A stretch of 30,082 nucleotides of DNA, from positions 220,925 through 251,006 of the forward strand of contig PS015015.1 of assembly GCA_048213135.1 (NCBI GenBank). The letters run 5' to 3'. The stretch comes from Reclinomonas americana ATCC 50394. Lineage: Eukaryota. Made by a program: the position numbers and the translations under genes. Below the pieces are notes generated by a model, which saw nothing but the letters and a program-made list of their open reading frames with translations, was not told the origin of the DNA and ran no database searches. This document shows positions 1 to 15,913 of this stretch, one piece after another. The first letter of the stretch is position 1. Every line of letters starts with the position of its first letter.

Positions 1-2309
1 GACTCCACGTCTGCCATGTCCTTCCACGCAGGTGCTGAATCGATTTTGCCCCCACCTCATAGTACAGCATCAAGGGCACTGGCCAGTTGCTGGAGGTTCG
101 TGTGTCGCGCAGACTACGACGATCAACTGGCGAGAACCGTGCCGCCGAGATCAGTGCCTCGCTGCCGTTCTTGGAGTACGACATGCACCAACAGCTCATG
201 AACAAGCTGCGCGTGGGTGGCATGAATGCCGTCTTCTCGCTCAAGTTCCAGGTGGCATTTTGTGAGCACACCATTAGTGCCATTGCGACTGGCACAGCAG
301 TTGCGTTGTCGTTGCTGCTGCTGATGCCCGAGATGAGAATGCGTCGCGTGACCACGCCCGCGAACAGGTATTCATGTGCGCTCTGCCACCACCGCAAGTG
401 TTGGCGATTGAGCGCATAAGTACGACTCTGAGTCGGGCGCCGAACATTGCACAGATCGTGGCGCATGTGCAGGCCATGAGCGAGCATAATGTTGCGTCTG
501 CCTGCGTGGTGTTGCCGCTGTAGTCACTGCTCTCACATTCCTTCTCTGCAGCACGATGTTTGGCAAGATATGCCGGTGCTGGAAGCCCCGTCGGCGGTTC
601 GTGAGAGAGTAGAGCGTGCCTTTCCTCGCCAGCTCATCCTGCTACCCCTCTCACCCCCATTCATTTCACCAGGATACGGACGAGAGCGGAACAAGTGAAT
701 CAGCAGGCGAAAGTACAGGATCGGAGGGTTCCAGGTCGGTTGCTTCAATCTCTTTCTGTAATCGCCACTTCTTGCTGGCTGAGCCGAGGTGTCGCCGTGC
801 AGTTCGTCTACGGAATCGATTGACTCGGACGCGCGCCCCGATGGCGATGGTCGACCTGCTTTTGTTATGCAGGTACGTCACAACGCCCTTTTGTAGCTGC
901 ACTTGGATATACTCGCCCTCATCATGCGAACAACATTCGCAGCTTGACGACTCGACAGATGCCGATAATCTTGCCTGCTTGTTGGACGTGCTTCCGCCGC
1001 CCATAAAGCAAATTCCGCACGAGGTGCACGGCAGCCTCTACTCACCGGCCACTCGGCAAGGGCTGGAGTCGGGTGGCGGTGGGCGCACACCACCCCTGCA
1101 AATGTACGATCCGGAATGTTTCCTGTCGACGACCGAGTCGGTGCCTGGACTGCGATGTGCGCCGCTGTTGGACGCACAGTACGTGACGATTGTGAGGAGG
1201 TATCCGTACACTGGCGCTCTGCCTGGTCCGAATCAGGATTTGAGTGCCTGTCTCACGGATGCCTACGGATACATTCGTTTCAAGGTGAGGAGCTGCAGTG
1301 TCCAGTGGTGGAGTTTGTGATGTAGTTTCTCACACGTCTGTGCAGGCTCTGAGTTTATTCCACACATCTGCGGCCAGTGGTCTGGATGTGGACGTGTCGT
1401 TTGTGTCGGAGCACTTTATTCAAGTGATTGTGTCTGGCATGCTGTCGGCCTACGATGCCGAGGTTTGTGTGTGACGATGCTCTCTCCCGCAACCGAGTCA
1501 ACAATAGACTGAATTCTTTTTCGTTGCTGTGCAGGAGGTGCAACAGTGTCTAGGTGGTCGCATGTTGCCGCCGGCGCAGCCGCAGCATGTGCCAGAGAGT
1601 CGGCCGACTGCGCGTAGCGCCGGCGGTACGCCTCTGCTCCAGTCGACTCCCTCGGTCGTGCCGGCCGCTGAAGCAGACGACGAGCTGTTGTTCCAGTTTG
1701 AGACGGCGACCACCATTGGGACGGCCGGGGCGCCGGGTGCCGCCGCCGCACGACGTGAGTGAGCTTCTCCGTTTTGCGAAGATGCCATGCATGCATCTCT
1801 GACGCCTGCTGCACTGCAGACCATTCTATGCTGGAAGTTGGCACGTACGACGACGACTCCAGCCGTCTCGGCTCCAAGGTGGCCGTGGAGCACGTGTACA
1901 TGAGCAATCTCGGCCAATGCACCGGTGAGTGAGCGGCTCGTGCGCCAAGCATGCTGCGCCTTGATCGCTAACTGCCACACGCACAGGCTCCACCATCATC
2001 CGCAACTTTGGTCGCATGGGCCTGCAGATTGTGCGCGAAACCTCGTCGCTGCGCGAAATGGGCGGCCACGGTGGCTTCCTGCACACGGTCATTAGCGACG
2101 CGTACTCGATGCTGCAGTCGCGCGCACGGAGCATTGGTGCCAACGCCGTCATGTCCATCCGCCTCGAATCCCTGCGCATTGTCGACAATATTGTGCGCAA
2201 TCAGGCCTACGCGCTGCTCTCTGTGGCCGGCGACTGCGTGGAGCTGTACTCAAGTAGTGGGAACGATGTGGTCGGCGATATGCTCTCGCGCACGCAGTAC
2301 GTCATCTGA
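1..2309 (+). CDS. C2CD5: C2 domain-containing protein 5-like (YbjQ-like repeats), 5'-truncated, about 9 introns
   Basis: Peptides EISASLPFLEYDMHQQLMNKLRVGGMNAVFSLKFQV...IATGTA|VFMCALP and C-terminal GRMGLQIVRETSSLREMGGHGGFLHTVISDAYSMLQSRARSIGANAV...RNQAYALLSVAGDCV match recalled C2CD5 motifs. Stop TGA at 2307-2309. Confidence 0.85.
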
Positions 2310-2420
2310 CAATGCCAACACTGGAAGGAAAAGAGTACACGTGGAGATTGATTCGCGCCGTCGTCCTGTCGTCAGCTCGTACACACAGCGCGTTAACATC
2401 GTCCTTGAGAGCATAGAGAG

Positions 2421-2659
2421 ATGATGCGTTCAACTGCCGTGTTGCTCCTAGTCGCCATGACCGTGGGCGCTCTCATGGCCATGATGGTGGTGGCCTCTAG
2501 CCCGCTGGCCGACTATCCCGCCGGCTATCAACTGCGCAATGTGCAAGTGGTGATGCGCCACGGAGCGCGGTGAGTGTGACAAGAGGGGTGGTAAAGAGAG
2601 AGGAGAAGGCCAGGGGAAGGTGCTCACACGTGCGCACGAGCGCATTCCTCTCTCTCTCG

Positions 2660-2692
<33 letters not shown>

Positions 2693-4159
2693 CCTCTATC
2701 TCACACGCATCTCTCTCATCACACGCAGCACACCCATTGACCCGGTGGTGCCACCTGCGTACCAGCAAGAGTGGGACTGCAAAATGCATCTGGCTGGCAT
2801 CACCTCCCATGATGATTCATCAGTACAAAGTTTCGTGTGTTCGTCTCCTCCCGTACTTGCCACCCATACGCAGCAACTCATCCACTCGCACAGCTGTCGA
2901 TCGTCTCTACCGCAAGGTGTACATGTCAGACGTGGAACTGCAACGCGGAAACTGTGGAGCAGGTATTGTTGGCACACATCCTTTGCTGCTTCTTTGCTGC
3001 GTGTGCTAACCAACGGGCGCGCGGCAGGCATGTTGACCAGCACGGGTGCCGCGCAGCAGTTCGCGCTCGGATCGACCTTGCGTGCCGTGTACGTGGATCA
3101 GTTGGGGTTCTTGCCGCCGACGTATGACCCGTCGGTGGTCTACATTCGCTCCACTGATAGTGCGTGCTTGTGTGTGAGCTCCTTGTGTCTGCATTCCATG
3201 ACCTCACTCTTGACGCTGGCTGGCTGGCTGGCTGGCTGGGCGCAGTTCAACGCACGCAAGAGTCCGCCATGAACCACATTGTGCGTTTGCTGATATTCGT
3301 TCAGTGCTCACTTTCTGTGATCGAGCTCACCACCACTCACTGCTCGCAGTACGGCCTCTACCCACCGTCCTCGCGGTCTGGCGTCGCGACCACGGAGATG
3401 CTCAACATCAACACATGTGATTTGGGCAATGACATTNNNNNNNNNNNNNNNNNNNNTTTTGCTCGTGGACTCACTTCGTGTGCGCGCGCGAAGACCACCC
3501 TCGCCCGTCGTCTCGGATTCGGACGCCTTCTGAGTGTGCTTCTCGGCAACATGCGTGGCGCGCAGAACGGACGCAACCAGTACAAGGCATGTTGTTGGGT
3601 CCATGGCCAAGGAAGAGTCGTCGCTTTCTTGCTCACCTTACCGTGCCCCCACAGTACCAACTCTACAGCGCACATGACACCACGGTGGCGCCCCTGCTGG
3701 CCTCGCTCTCCGTGCCGTGCAGCACTTGTGAGTCGTCGTGCGCGCCTGTGTCCGTGTGATGGCATACTATGCTCATTTACTGGAACACAGATCCTCCGTT
3801 TGCGGCAAACGTTCGGCTGGAGACCTTTACGAATGCAACGAGTTGCGTGACAAGCGAGGAGAAGAAACGATGCGATTGCATACTGACACGACGCTTGCGA
3901 CATGCAGACAACTGGTTTGTGCGTGTGCTGTACCAGGGCGCACCGCAGGTGGTGCCCGGATGCCCGAGCGAGTTCTGCCCGCTCGACACGTTTGCCTCTA
4001 TCGTACAGCCGGTACGCCAATGAGCTGCTTGGTTGTGCGTGCGGGCCGGTCTCACTGAACGCGACAATGCAGTTGATCCCGACCAACTACGCCGCCGAGT
4101 GCTCCATGCAAGGCCGCCACTACGCTCACGAGCATGATGCCGCCACTCATCGTGCGTAA
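2421..4159 (+). CDS. Secreted/lysosomal histidine acid phosphatase (ACP6/ACP2-like); middle hidden in gap 3437-3456
   Basis: Signal peptide MMRSTAVLLLVAM..., catalytic VQVVMRHGAR|TP, GMLTSTG, YIRSTD|IQRTQESA, YSAHDTT, VRVLYQG...GCPSEFCPL. Stop TAA at 4157-4159. Confidence 0.9.
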
Positions 4160-4417
4160 CTTGCACGATGGCAATATCGTCCCCATGTGTGTGTATCACT
4201 CACTTGCTTCTCACAGCGTGGACACCGATGGAAGGCGAGGAGCTGGTGGCGTGGGCGTAGAGAGGGAGGAGTACTGGCTTGGTTTCTCGCAAAGTACAAG
4301 TTTGTTTTGTTTTCATTACCACATGCGTGTGTGTAAGGTTGTGAGTGTGTAATGTGTTTCTCTGCATCATCGCGTGCGTTCTTGCGCGCGCGGGGAAAGC
4401 TGCCGAAACGTGTCGTC

Positions 4418-4722
4418 TCAGATGTCTTGCGCAAACTCGAGCGGCTTGACGTCGACCGGCACGCTCATCTTTGCAATCACGCTCTTGGCACGACGGCGGC
4501 CATTGATGGCCTGCGAGATGGGCGACAGCACCGAGTCGGTGGGTGAGTGCACGGCCAGTCCGGCCTTCTTGTTGTGCACGGCCCTAAGGAGGAGGAGGAG
4601 TGAGCGATCAAAGGAGTGAGGAAAGGGAGTGTGTGCGCGCAACTTCTTGATGGCCTCGACGGAGGGGTTGCGCGCAAAGGTGATCTTGCCGTTGGCGGGG
4701 GCGGGGAGAAGACGTTTTCCAT
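4418..4722 (-). CDS. Small (~80 aa) protein with Spo12-like SPTDxxLSP motif; one 60-nt intron; apparent 1-nt frameshift in a C run near 4703-4706
   Basis: ATG at 4722 (MENVFS). Coding-like codons continue one frame off as APANGKITFARNPSVEAIK|KAVHNKKAGLAVHSPTDSVLSPISQAINGRRRAK...FAQDI*. Intron 4584-4643 (GTTGCG...TAG). Confidence 0.55.
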
Positions 4723-5082
4723 GATTGACGAAAAGAAGAAGAGGGGAAAGGAAGGAGAAATCGAGTTGTCTTCTCTCGCAATAAGCAACAAATGCAGTTT
4801 TGGAACGGTCACCTGGCGCGTGCTTTCTTTGCAAATCTCCGGCACTCGCCCTCCGTATACATTGCGACGTGGCGATGACGAGGGCATGGAGTACGAGTTA
4901 GTGCGATACGCAGAGGACGTGCTGTTGCCCGGCAATGGTCGGGGAAAGCACATGCATTTGTCGCGATGATTGATATCAACATCTGACTGATACAGCTCCA
5001 ATCCCCACAGGTGACTTAGATAAAACAACCACCGTTCACTAGTTATTCTAGGCAGGAGAGCCAATAGCTTCCTGCTGCATGC

Positions 5083-9017
<3,935 letters not shown>

Positions 9018-9275
9018 TCAGCCAGAGATGGACGGGAACAAGCGACTGAGACAAGTGGACGGCATCGGAAGCACTAACACGAAGCGCGAAGGAAGATCTG
9101 CAATCGTCGAATGGATACATCGCGATCGATATACCCGATATTATGATCAGCGGTCCAGCGGCCGCTCTCGTACTACGGATCGCAGCAATTGCGCTGCGAT
9201 TAGTATAGCGACACATGCCTCCAAGGAACCGTAACACCTGCATCACGCGAACGCCACAGGTGAAACTGCATTGAA

Positions 9276-10023
9276 TTACATTGACATCTCCTCCTCCTCC
9301 TCCTCCTCCACCTCCCCGTCCCATTCCCATTCCCATTCCCTCTCATCATGCTCCCCGTGCTGCTCCACCCACTCCTGCATCACCTCATCCATCACCTCCT
9401 CCACCTCCAGCTGTCCACCGGACCCCGTACCGGTTACCGTTCCCGATACGTTGCCTTCACCAGACTTCTCCTGACTCCGCCCGCGACCCTTGAAAGACGG
9501 CCACCGCAGACGCCGACGCGAGCTCTCGCCCAACGGCAGCATCCACGTCTCCAGCCCCGTCTTCTTGGCATGAATCGTCAGCAACGAATGCAGCGGCAGC
9601 AGGTCCGGAAGAACATCGTTGCACGCCTGCGCCTGCCGCCTCATCACTCCCGTGTACTGCCCGCCGCCCAGGATATCAACAGGCTCGTTGAACGACTTGC
9701 ATATCGAGTGGATTGCGCGAGAGAGCGTGCCAATGGCCTCCACCAGCAGCTGCACATTGTCCTCGGTCGCACCCAACGCCTTGGGCACATTCTTCTCCAG
9801 CTTCTCCACGCGGGCAATGGTGGCCGGGTCAGGCTCCTCGGCAAGCCTGCGCACACGACTCGTGAGAAACCATGAATGGCCAGCATGCGCGCGCGTGTGT
9901 GTGAGGTACATACACTCACGATTGCATCGTGTCCGCTATCTCGCGTGTGGCCGAGGCATTGATCGACAGCAGCGCGACGAGCAGCAGAAGCACGAATGAC
10001 AGTGCAGCACTGCGACGGTTCAT
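9276..10023 (-). CDS. Orphan secreted protein, one intron, acidic Glu/Trp-rich C-terminus
   Basis: Signal peptide MNRRSAALSFVLLLLVALLSINASA. Donor GTGAGT near 9919 joins in frame to a long ORF (LAEEPDPATIARVEKLEK...EREWEWEWDGEVEEEEEEEMSM*). No family recognised. Confidence 0.7.
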
Positions 10024-10115
10024 GTGTGCGCGCGTGTGTGTGAGAGAGAGAGAGAAAGGAGGGAAGTGGATATCGCGAGTGGACAAAGGAGAGAGTTGTC
10101 ACCTTATTGTGAACG

Positions 10116-10256
10116 ATGGAGAGCAGCACAGCTGTGGCGGTGCCTGTGCGAGGCCAAAAGTTTGTGGTGGCCGGTGGCTCTGGCTACCTCGGGCGCACGC
10201 TTGCGCGGATGCTGTTGGAGCGAGGAGCGGCGTTGGTTCGAGTGTTTGACTTGCGG
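10116..10256 (+). CDS. First exon of an extended-SDR / 3-beta-hydroxysteroid dehydrogenase (NSDHL/SDR42E1-like) gene; remainder lost in gap
   Basis: MESSTAVAVPVRGQKFVVAGGSGYLGRTLARMLLERGAALVRVFDLR has a GGxGxxG Rossmann motif plus VRVFD. Donor GTGAGT at 10257. Confidence 0.7.
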
Positions 10257-10282
10257 GTGAGTAGCAGAGAGAGGGAGAGTGA

Positions 10283-10326
<44 letters not shown>

Positions 10327-10664
10327 CGGGAGGAAAGGGGAGGGAGAGAGGTGAAGGGAAAACGAGAAGCGAGTGATCGAATGGTTGCATGCACGAGTGA
10401 GTTGACTCTCCCTCANNNNNNNNNNNNNNNNNNNNNNNNNNNNNNNNNNNNNNNNNNNNNNNNNNNNNNNNNNNNNNNNNNNNNNNNNNNNNNNNNNNNN
10501 NNNNNNNNNNNNNNNNNNNNNNNNNNNNNNNNNNNNNNNNNNNNNNNNNNNNNNNNNNNNNNNNNNNNNNNNNNNNNNNNNNNNNNNNNNNNNNNNNNNN
10601 NNNNNNNNNNNNNNNNNNNNNNNNNNNNNNNNNNNNNNNNNNNNNNNNNNNNNNNNNNNNNNNN

Positions 10665-11846
10665 GCACACCGTCAGCACCGACACCGCCAGTGGCCCGAG
10701 AATGGCCAGGGCCAGCCAAGCACCATTAAAGTGACTGTAGAATGCCATGAGGCCGGCGGTGCCGAGGAACGCCATGGCCACTCCGCTGGCAATCAGGAAC
10801 ACGGTCAACAACGTGTCGTCGGAGATACTGCGCGCGGAGAGGACGAGGAAAAACAGGCCGAGAAGCATCAGCACGTACGGCATGCTGTAGAAGAGCAGGC
10901 CACCGAAAATCGCGTGCACGAGGAACGCCGCCGGTGCCGTCCACAGCACGTGATAGGCGGAGGCGTAGAGGCCTCGTCGAACGTCGTTCTTGGGCACCAG
11001 CAGACGGAGCAGAGGGACGCGCACGACAATGGCATGCACGACACTGAAAAAGAGAAACACCATGAAGAACGTGTACCTGCACGTGCATTCACAGCAAGTC
11101 AACAACAATAGAGGGCGACGACCAACAGAGCACCGCACGCAACAGCGGATACACGGCCTCGCTGGCACACTCGGTTCTCCCATCGGGCGGCTGATGAAAG
11201 TACGTGTACCAATCATCGACACTCTGCGTGCCGCACGACGGAAACGCAAAGTGTCCGCCCGTCATCGACAACACCGCAAAGCACGCCGACGCCAGCGTCT
11301 CCACGGCCACCAGCAGCAACGTAATGACCACCAACCAGCCCGACTGCTCACCGTGCTGCTCCTCCACGGCCTTGACACGCACCAGCATGCACAGGCCGAG
11401 AAGCATCACGTACACGACAATCTCCGAGACCACAAAGAAGACGTCGTACTGCGAGAACGAGTCGGTGCATGGCACGCATACCCAGCCATCTGTGCGACTG
11501 CCACGCTTGCAGAACTGCACCGCCACAGGCTGTCAGTGGAGAGTGAATGAGAGAGTGAGAATGAGTGAGAATGACGCGACTGTGCATGCAGAGGCCTCGG
11601 GCGCGGCAAACGATTGCGCGTCCAGTCGACGTCCACAGTAGCGACCAGCGCAGGCGGCATTGTCGGCCTGGAAGAGCGCGCGATCGGCACCACTCACGTA
11701 CGACTCTTTAACAAGGCAGTCAGCACAGACAGAGAGAGAAGAGATGCACAGTCAGAGAGACAGAGCGCACCGTGTGGCAACTGTGCATACGCGACAGCAG
11801 CAAAGCAGCACAGCAGACACACAGTGAGCAGCAGTGGTCGCCGCAT
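10665..11846 (-). CDS. JKAMP: JNK1/MAPK8-associated membrane protein (JAMP); 3' end in gap
   Basis: Signal peptide, then CAGRYCGR, CKRGSRTDGWVCVPCTDSFSQYD, SCGTQSVDDWYTYFHQP...CASEAVYPL|YT and VHAIFGGLLFYSMPY. These parallel recalled JAMP motifs (CPGLYCG, CPRGQRT, CTHEAVYPLYT, GGLLYYAFPY). Confidence 0.85.
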
Positions 11847-11900
11847 TGACGCGTGACAGACGGACAGCAACGAAGAGGACACAAAGGACACACAGTGGAA

Positions 11901-13640
11901 ATGAAAGCAGAGAGCGCGCGCTCACCGACCAGCGCCAGTCGCGGTGCCAGCAGCAGCAGTGGAGCACCCACAGCAGCAACAGTGGGAGTGGGTCCCACAG
12001 AGTACCACCACCCTGCACCGTGGCACACACACGTGCATCGCGTGGAGGAGGCGACTGTGACCTCGCCGGCGATGAGTGGCGTGCGGCGTCGACTGGTGTT
12101 GCGTGTGGTCACTGCGGTGGTGTTGGTGGCGCTGATGGTGGCAGTGTGGGGAGTCATTGGGCGACTGAGCTCGTCGGATGTGGTCGGTGGAGGTGGCGCG
12201 CAGTGGGCCAATGGGAAGAAGAGAAGTGGTGCTGGTGCTGGTGCAGCAAAGGTTTGGTTTCACGCATGATGCGGTGGAAAAGGCGGCTCTGTCTCACGTG
12301 TGTACGATGGGGAGAAGAGTGGAGGAGCATCGGGCATTTCGGATGCCGAGCGCAAGGACATTGATGGGGGTGGTGAGGCGTCGTTGGGCGTGGACTCTGA
12401 TGTCACGTCGCCCATTGGATCAGAGGCGCTGGCGGCCATTGGAGCGCCACTGGTGCGCATGGACTCCCTCTCTCTGCCGGTGTTTGTCACACGTGCTCAC
12501 CACCGACCACGTGCGCAGGTGCTGGAGGGATCGCTGCCGATTACGGCGTCGGTGATTTGGTTGCACGGCATTGGCGATCACGGCGAGTCGTATCGCCCGT
12601 TGGCGGAGCAGCTGATTGCGCGCTTCCCGTTCTTGCGCGTGGTGTTGCCATCGGCGTGAGTTGTCGTCGTCTGTGTGGTGCTGTTGTCCATTTCTCTGTC
12701 GCTGATTCGGGCATGACAGACCACTGCGCAAGTGCGCCATCTATCCGTCTCCTCTGCGCGCATGGTACGAGGTCAACTCACTGGATCCGCATGCCCCTGG
12801 TGCGTATCTTTCTCCTTCGCCGTGCGTGTGTGCCTCCCCCTCCTGACCTTATGGTGCAGAGGAGGAGAGCAGTATTAAGTGGGCGGCCAAGGAGGTGCAT
12901 CGTCTCATTCGTGAAGAGGCGGTGGCGAGCAGCATCTCCACGCAGCGCGTCTTTGTCGGCGGTTTCAGCCAGGGCGGCGCTGTGGCACTGTATGCGGCGC
13001 TGACGAGCCCCGTGGAGGTGGGTGGTGTTGTGGTGCACGGCGGCTACATCCCGCTGCGCCAGCAATTCCCGGCCGCCACCGCCGACTCGGCATTTGTCTC
13101 CCAGTTGCATGTGCTGATGACGCACGGTGTGTGTGGGCGCGCACATGTTGTCTCTCTGTGTGAATTGCTTTTTGTGTGACTTTCGTACCCCTCGCAGGAG
13201 CACTGGATTCGCGTGTACCTCTGCAATGGGCCGAAGTTTCGCGTGACATTGTCCGCAGCACCGGCGCGCACGTCAAGTTTGTCAAGGTGTGCACCCACGG
13301 TTGTGCTGGTGGTCGTGGGTTGTCATTTATCCCCGTGCACCCCCAATAGTACTCGTCCGTGGGCCACAAGCTGCCGCCAGTGGCACTCGCCGACACTGCC
13401 AAGTGGCTGCAAAGTTGTGTTTTGTTTCACTCTCTCACACGCAACCACTTGCCACTCTCCTCTCACTCATCTTGGCGTGTGGCAGAGCGCTTGGCTGACG
13501 ACGACGACGACGACAAATCCGAATCACACAATGGACGGAGGAAAGAAGACGCTGCCGACGAAAACGACAGCGACGACGACGACGACGACAAGAAGGACGA
13601 CAAGGACGACCGTGACAGCGACAGAGGGCACGAGGACTAG
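11901..13640 (+). CDS. Acyl-protein thioesterase/lysophospholipase (LYPLA-like alpha/beta hydrolase) with N-terminal TM anchor and acidic tail
   Basis: VIWLHGIGD, VVLPSA|P, RAWY, GGFSQGG (Ser), THG|ALDSRVP (Asp), YSSVGH (His). Hydrophobic segment VLRVVTAVVLVALMVAVWGVI lies upstream. Stop TAG at 13638-13640. The N-terminal join near 12252-12317 is uncertain. Confidence 0.85.
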
Positions 13641-13701
13641 CATCCAATCTCGAAACGAAATAACCCAATCCTGTGAACACAATTCTCGATGTTTATTCCA
13701 A

Positions 13702-15119
13702 TCATGGGGGTGCAGGCTGCCGCTCCACCACTTGCAACTTGGCTGCCTTACGTCGCAGTCGACGAGTCTGCAGATCGTCGTCATCGTGATCCCCATCATC
13801 ATCGTCGTCATCATCGTCATCGTCGTCCTCTAGCTCATCTCCATCATCGTCGGTGGCGCGCGGTCGATACTTGTGCGGAAGCCAGTGCGTGCTGCAGAAC
13901 TGGTGTAAGACAACACAAAGCATGTCGCCCACATGGCGAGTGCCGCGACGCAACTCCTCGGCAAAGTTGGCAAACGCCTCAAAGTACGTCGACTCGGCCT
14001 CATCAGTCGACAGGCCAGTCAACGCGAATCCGTTCGCCTTGTCGGCCAGCGTCAGCACACGCCACACACTCTCCTTCTCCGTAATGTCCAGCGGCTGGTA
14101 CGAGACCAACCCAAAGTCCTGGATCAACTCGATCAGGCGGTCAGACAGCTTGGCAAAGCGCTCCGACGCCTGCTGTCGCAGCAAGCTCGGTCGCAACGCC
14201 TCCAGCTCCAGCACCTCGGTGTAGTACTCTAGGCCGAGCTCTACGACACGACACGCGGTGAGATTCCGTATTGCCTATCCCCCACAAACGCTGCACACAC
14301 ACGCACCGAGCTCGCCCATGCTCTCCACGAGATCGATCTTGGAGAGCACATTGACATGCGGCAGCTCCACGTGCAGCATGGTCACCAGCGAAACGAGAGT
14401 CGCCGAGATGAACTTGGAGGCATCGGAGCAGTAGTGCGAGTCCACCAGATGCATGGCCACGAGCTGCGCACAGCAGCAACACGGTCAAGGACCATCGACG
14501 ATCGAGATAAGAGATGGCGACCGACCTGAAAATGCATCTCGCGACACAGCCGCTGCACGATCGCTCGCACCGTCTGGTGGTGCGTGTACAGCTCCACTTG
14601 CCCGGGACAGTCAAAGAGCACGTACGCGTCTGCACAGACCAATGTGTGAGACTGGCATGAGCTCGAGGGGAGTGCGAGGAGACAAGTCCGCACCGGGAAA
14701 TCGCTGCAGCTGCTCCTGCAGCCAGTCAAAGTTGGCCTCCAGGTACTCGATGGCATACACCAGGCCTGCCACGGAGCACAGAGTGTGAGAGCTCACCACA
14801 TCGGACTCAGTCTCTCTCTCTCTCTCTCACACACACACACCGCCATTGGGTCCGAGATTGTAGGTGGCACACACGTCGGCCACAGTCACCAACTCGCGCA
14901 AGTCAATGTCGCACTCGTACCTGTGGTGTGTGGCACGTGAGATGCACGACGGAGAGAGAGGAGGTGATGTCGAATGCGCAACGGAAGTGAGTCGTTGGCC
15001 GGGTCCAAGTTGACCACGCACACGGGTCGCTTGAGGGCGCGCAGGAACTGTTGCATGCCTGCACAGTAGGTGGTCTTGCCGGAGCCTGGTGGCCCGATGA
15101 CCACCTGCCCGAACGGCAT
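13702..15119 (-). CDS. GPN2: GPN-loop GTPase 2
   Basis: [77 protein letters not shown]. Six GT-AG introns give an open frame. Confidence 0.93.
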
Positions 15120-15175
15120 TCGCTCCTCTTTCAAAGACAAAAGACAAGTCCTCCAATGAGTCGTAATCTATAGTT

Positions 15176-15867
15176 TCACTGCGTTGACTCCTCCTCTGCC
15201 TCACTCCCTGACGAGTCTCCACCATCGTCATCCTCGCCACCGTCAGCTTCTCCCTCATCCTCGCCTCCTCCATCTGCCCCTGCGCGGGCAGAACCGGGTG
15301 AGGAGTGGGCGAGACGGGCACGACGTTTGGCGGCCTTCTCGGCTCGGAAGCGCGCAGCCACGGTGGCCAGGTCCGGCGAGCTTACGCTCTGTGATGGTCC
15401 AGGACCCGACGACTGGGCACTGGTGGCGGTGGTGCTGGGGTCGGAGCCGGCCGACGGGGCAGCGCCAGGCTCCGATGCAGGGTTCTCGCTCATCACCCAG
15501 TGCGTGTCCTTGAAAACCTCCGAGACGAAGCGCTCGCTGAGCTCCTTCAGCTTGTGCTCGTACTGCGCACTGAACTGTGGCGCACACACAGAAACAGGCA
15601 AGGGTCAACAAGGTTGCCTCCTCCTTCTCCCCGCTCCACCATGATCCCACGCACCTTCTCAATGTAGAACGTGGCGCCATTCCACACCGAGGCCGACAGA
15701 ATCGCCACCAAGAGCACCAGATGCACGTAAAAGTGCTCAAACATGAACTTGACCGGCAGCGCGGTAATAAAGGTGAACGCCAGCTGCAGGCCTGCGCAAG
15801 AGACCGTCAGCCTTCACACCCCGTGCATCGCTTTCCTTTCAAGCTCTTGCCCCCCACCCCCCCCCCC

Positions 15868-15913
<46 letters not shown>

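Noticed and set aside
4940-5082. Possible SECIS or snoRNA downstream of TrxR
   Set aside because: The TrxR model has no Sec codon, and I see no convincing AUGA/GA core or box C/D pair.
12252-12317. In-frame TGA-TGC (possible Sec-Cys or readthrough) between the TM exon and the LYPLA domain
   Set aside because: It lies within a plausible in-frame intron (AAG|GTTTGG...TCTCAC branch...GAG/AAG, 63-66 nt). No SECIS-like element is visible in the ~60-bp 3' spacer, and TGA is a normal stop elsewhere. The acceptor is weak, so cDNA is needed to close this fully.
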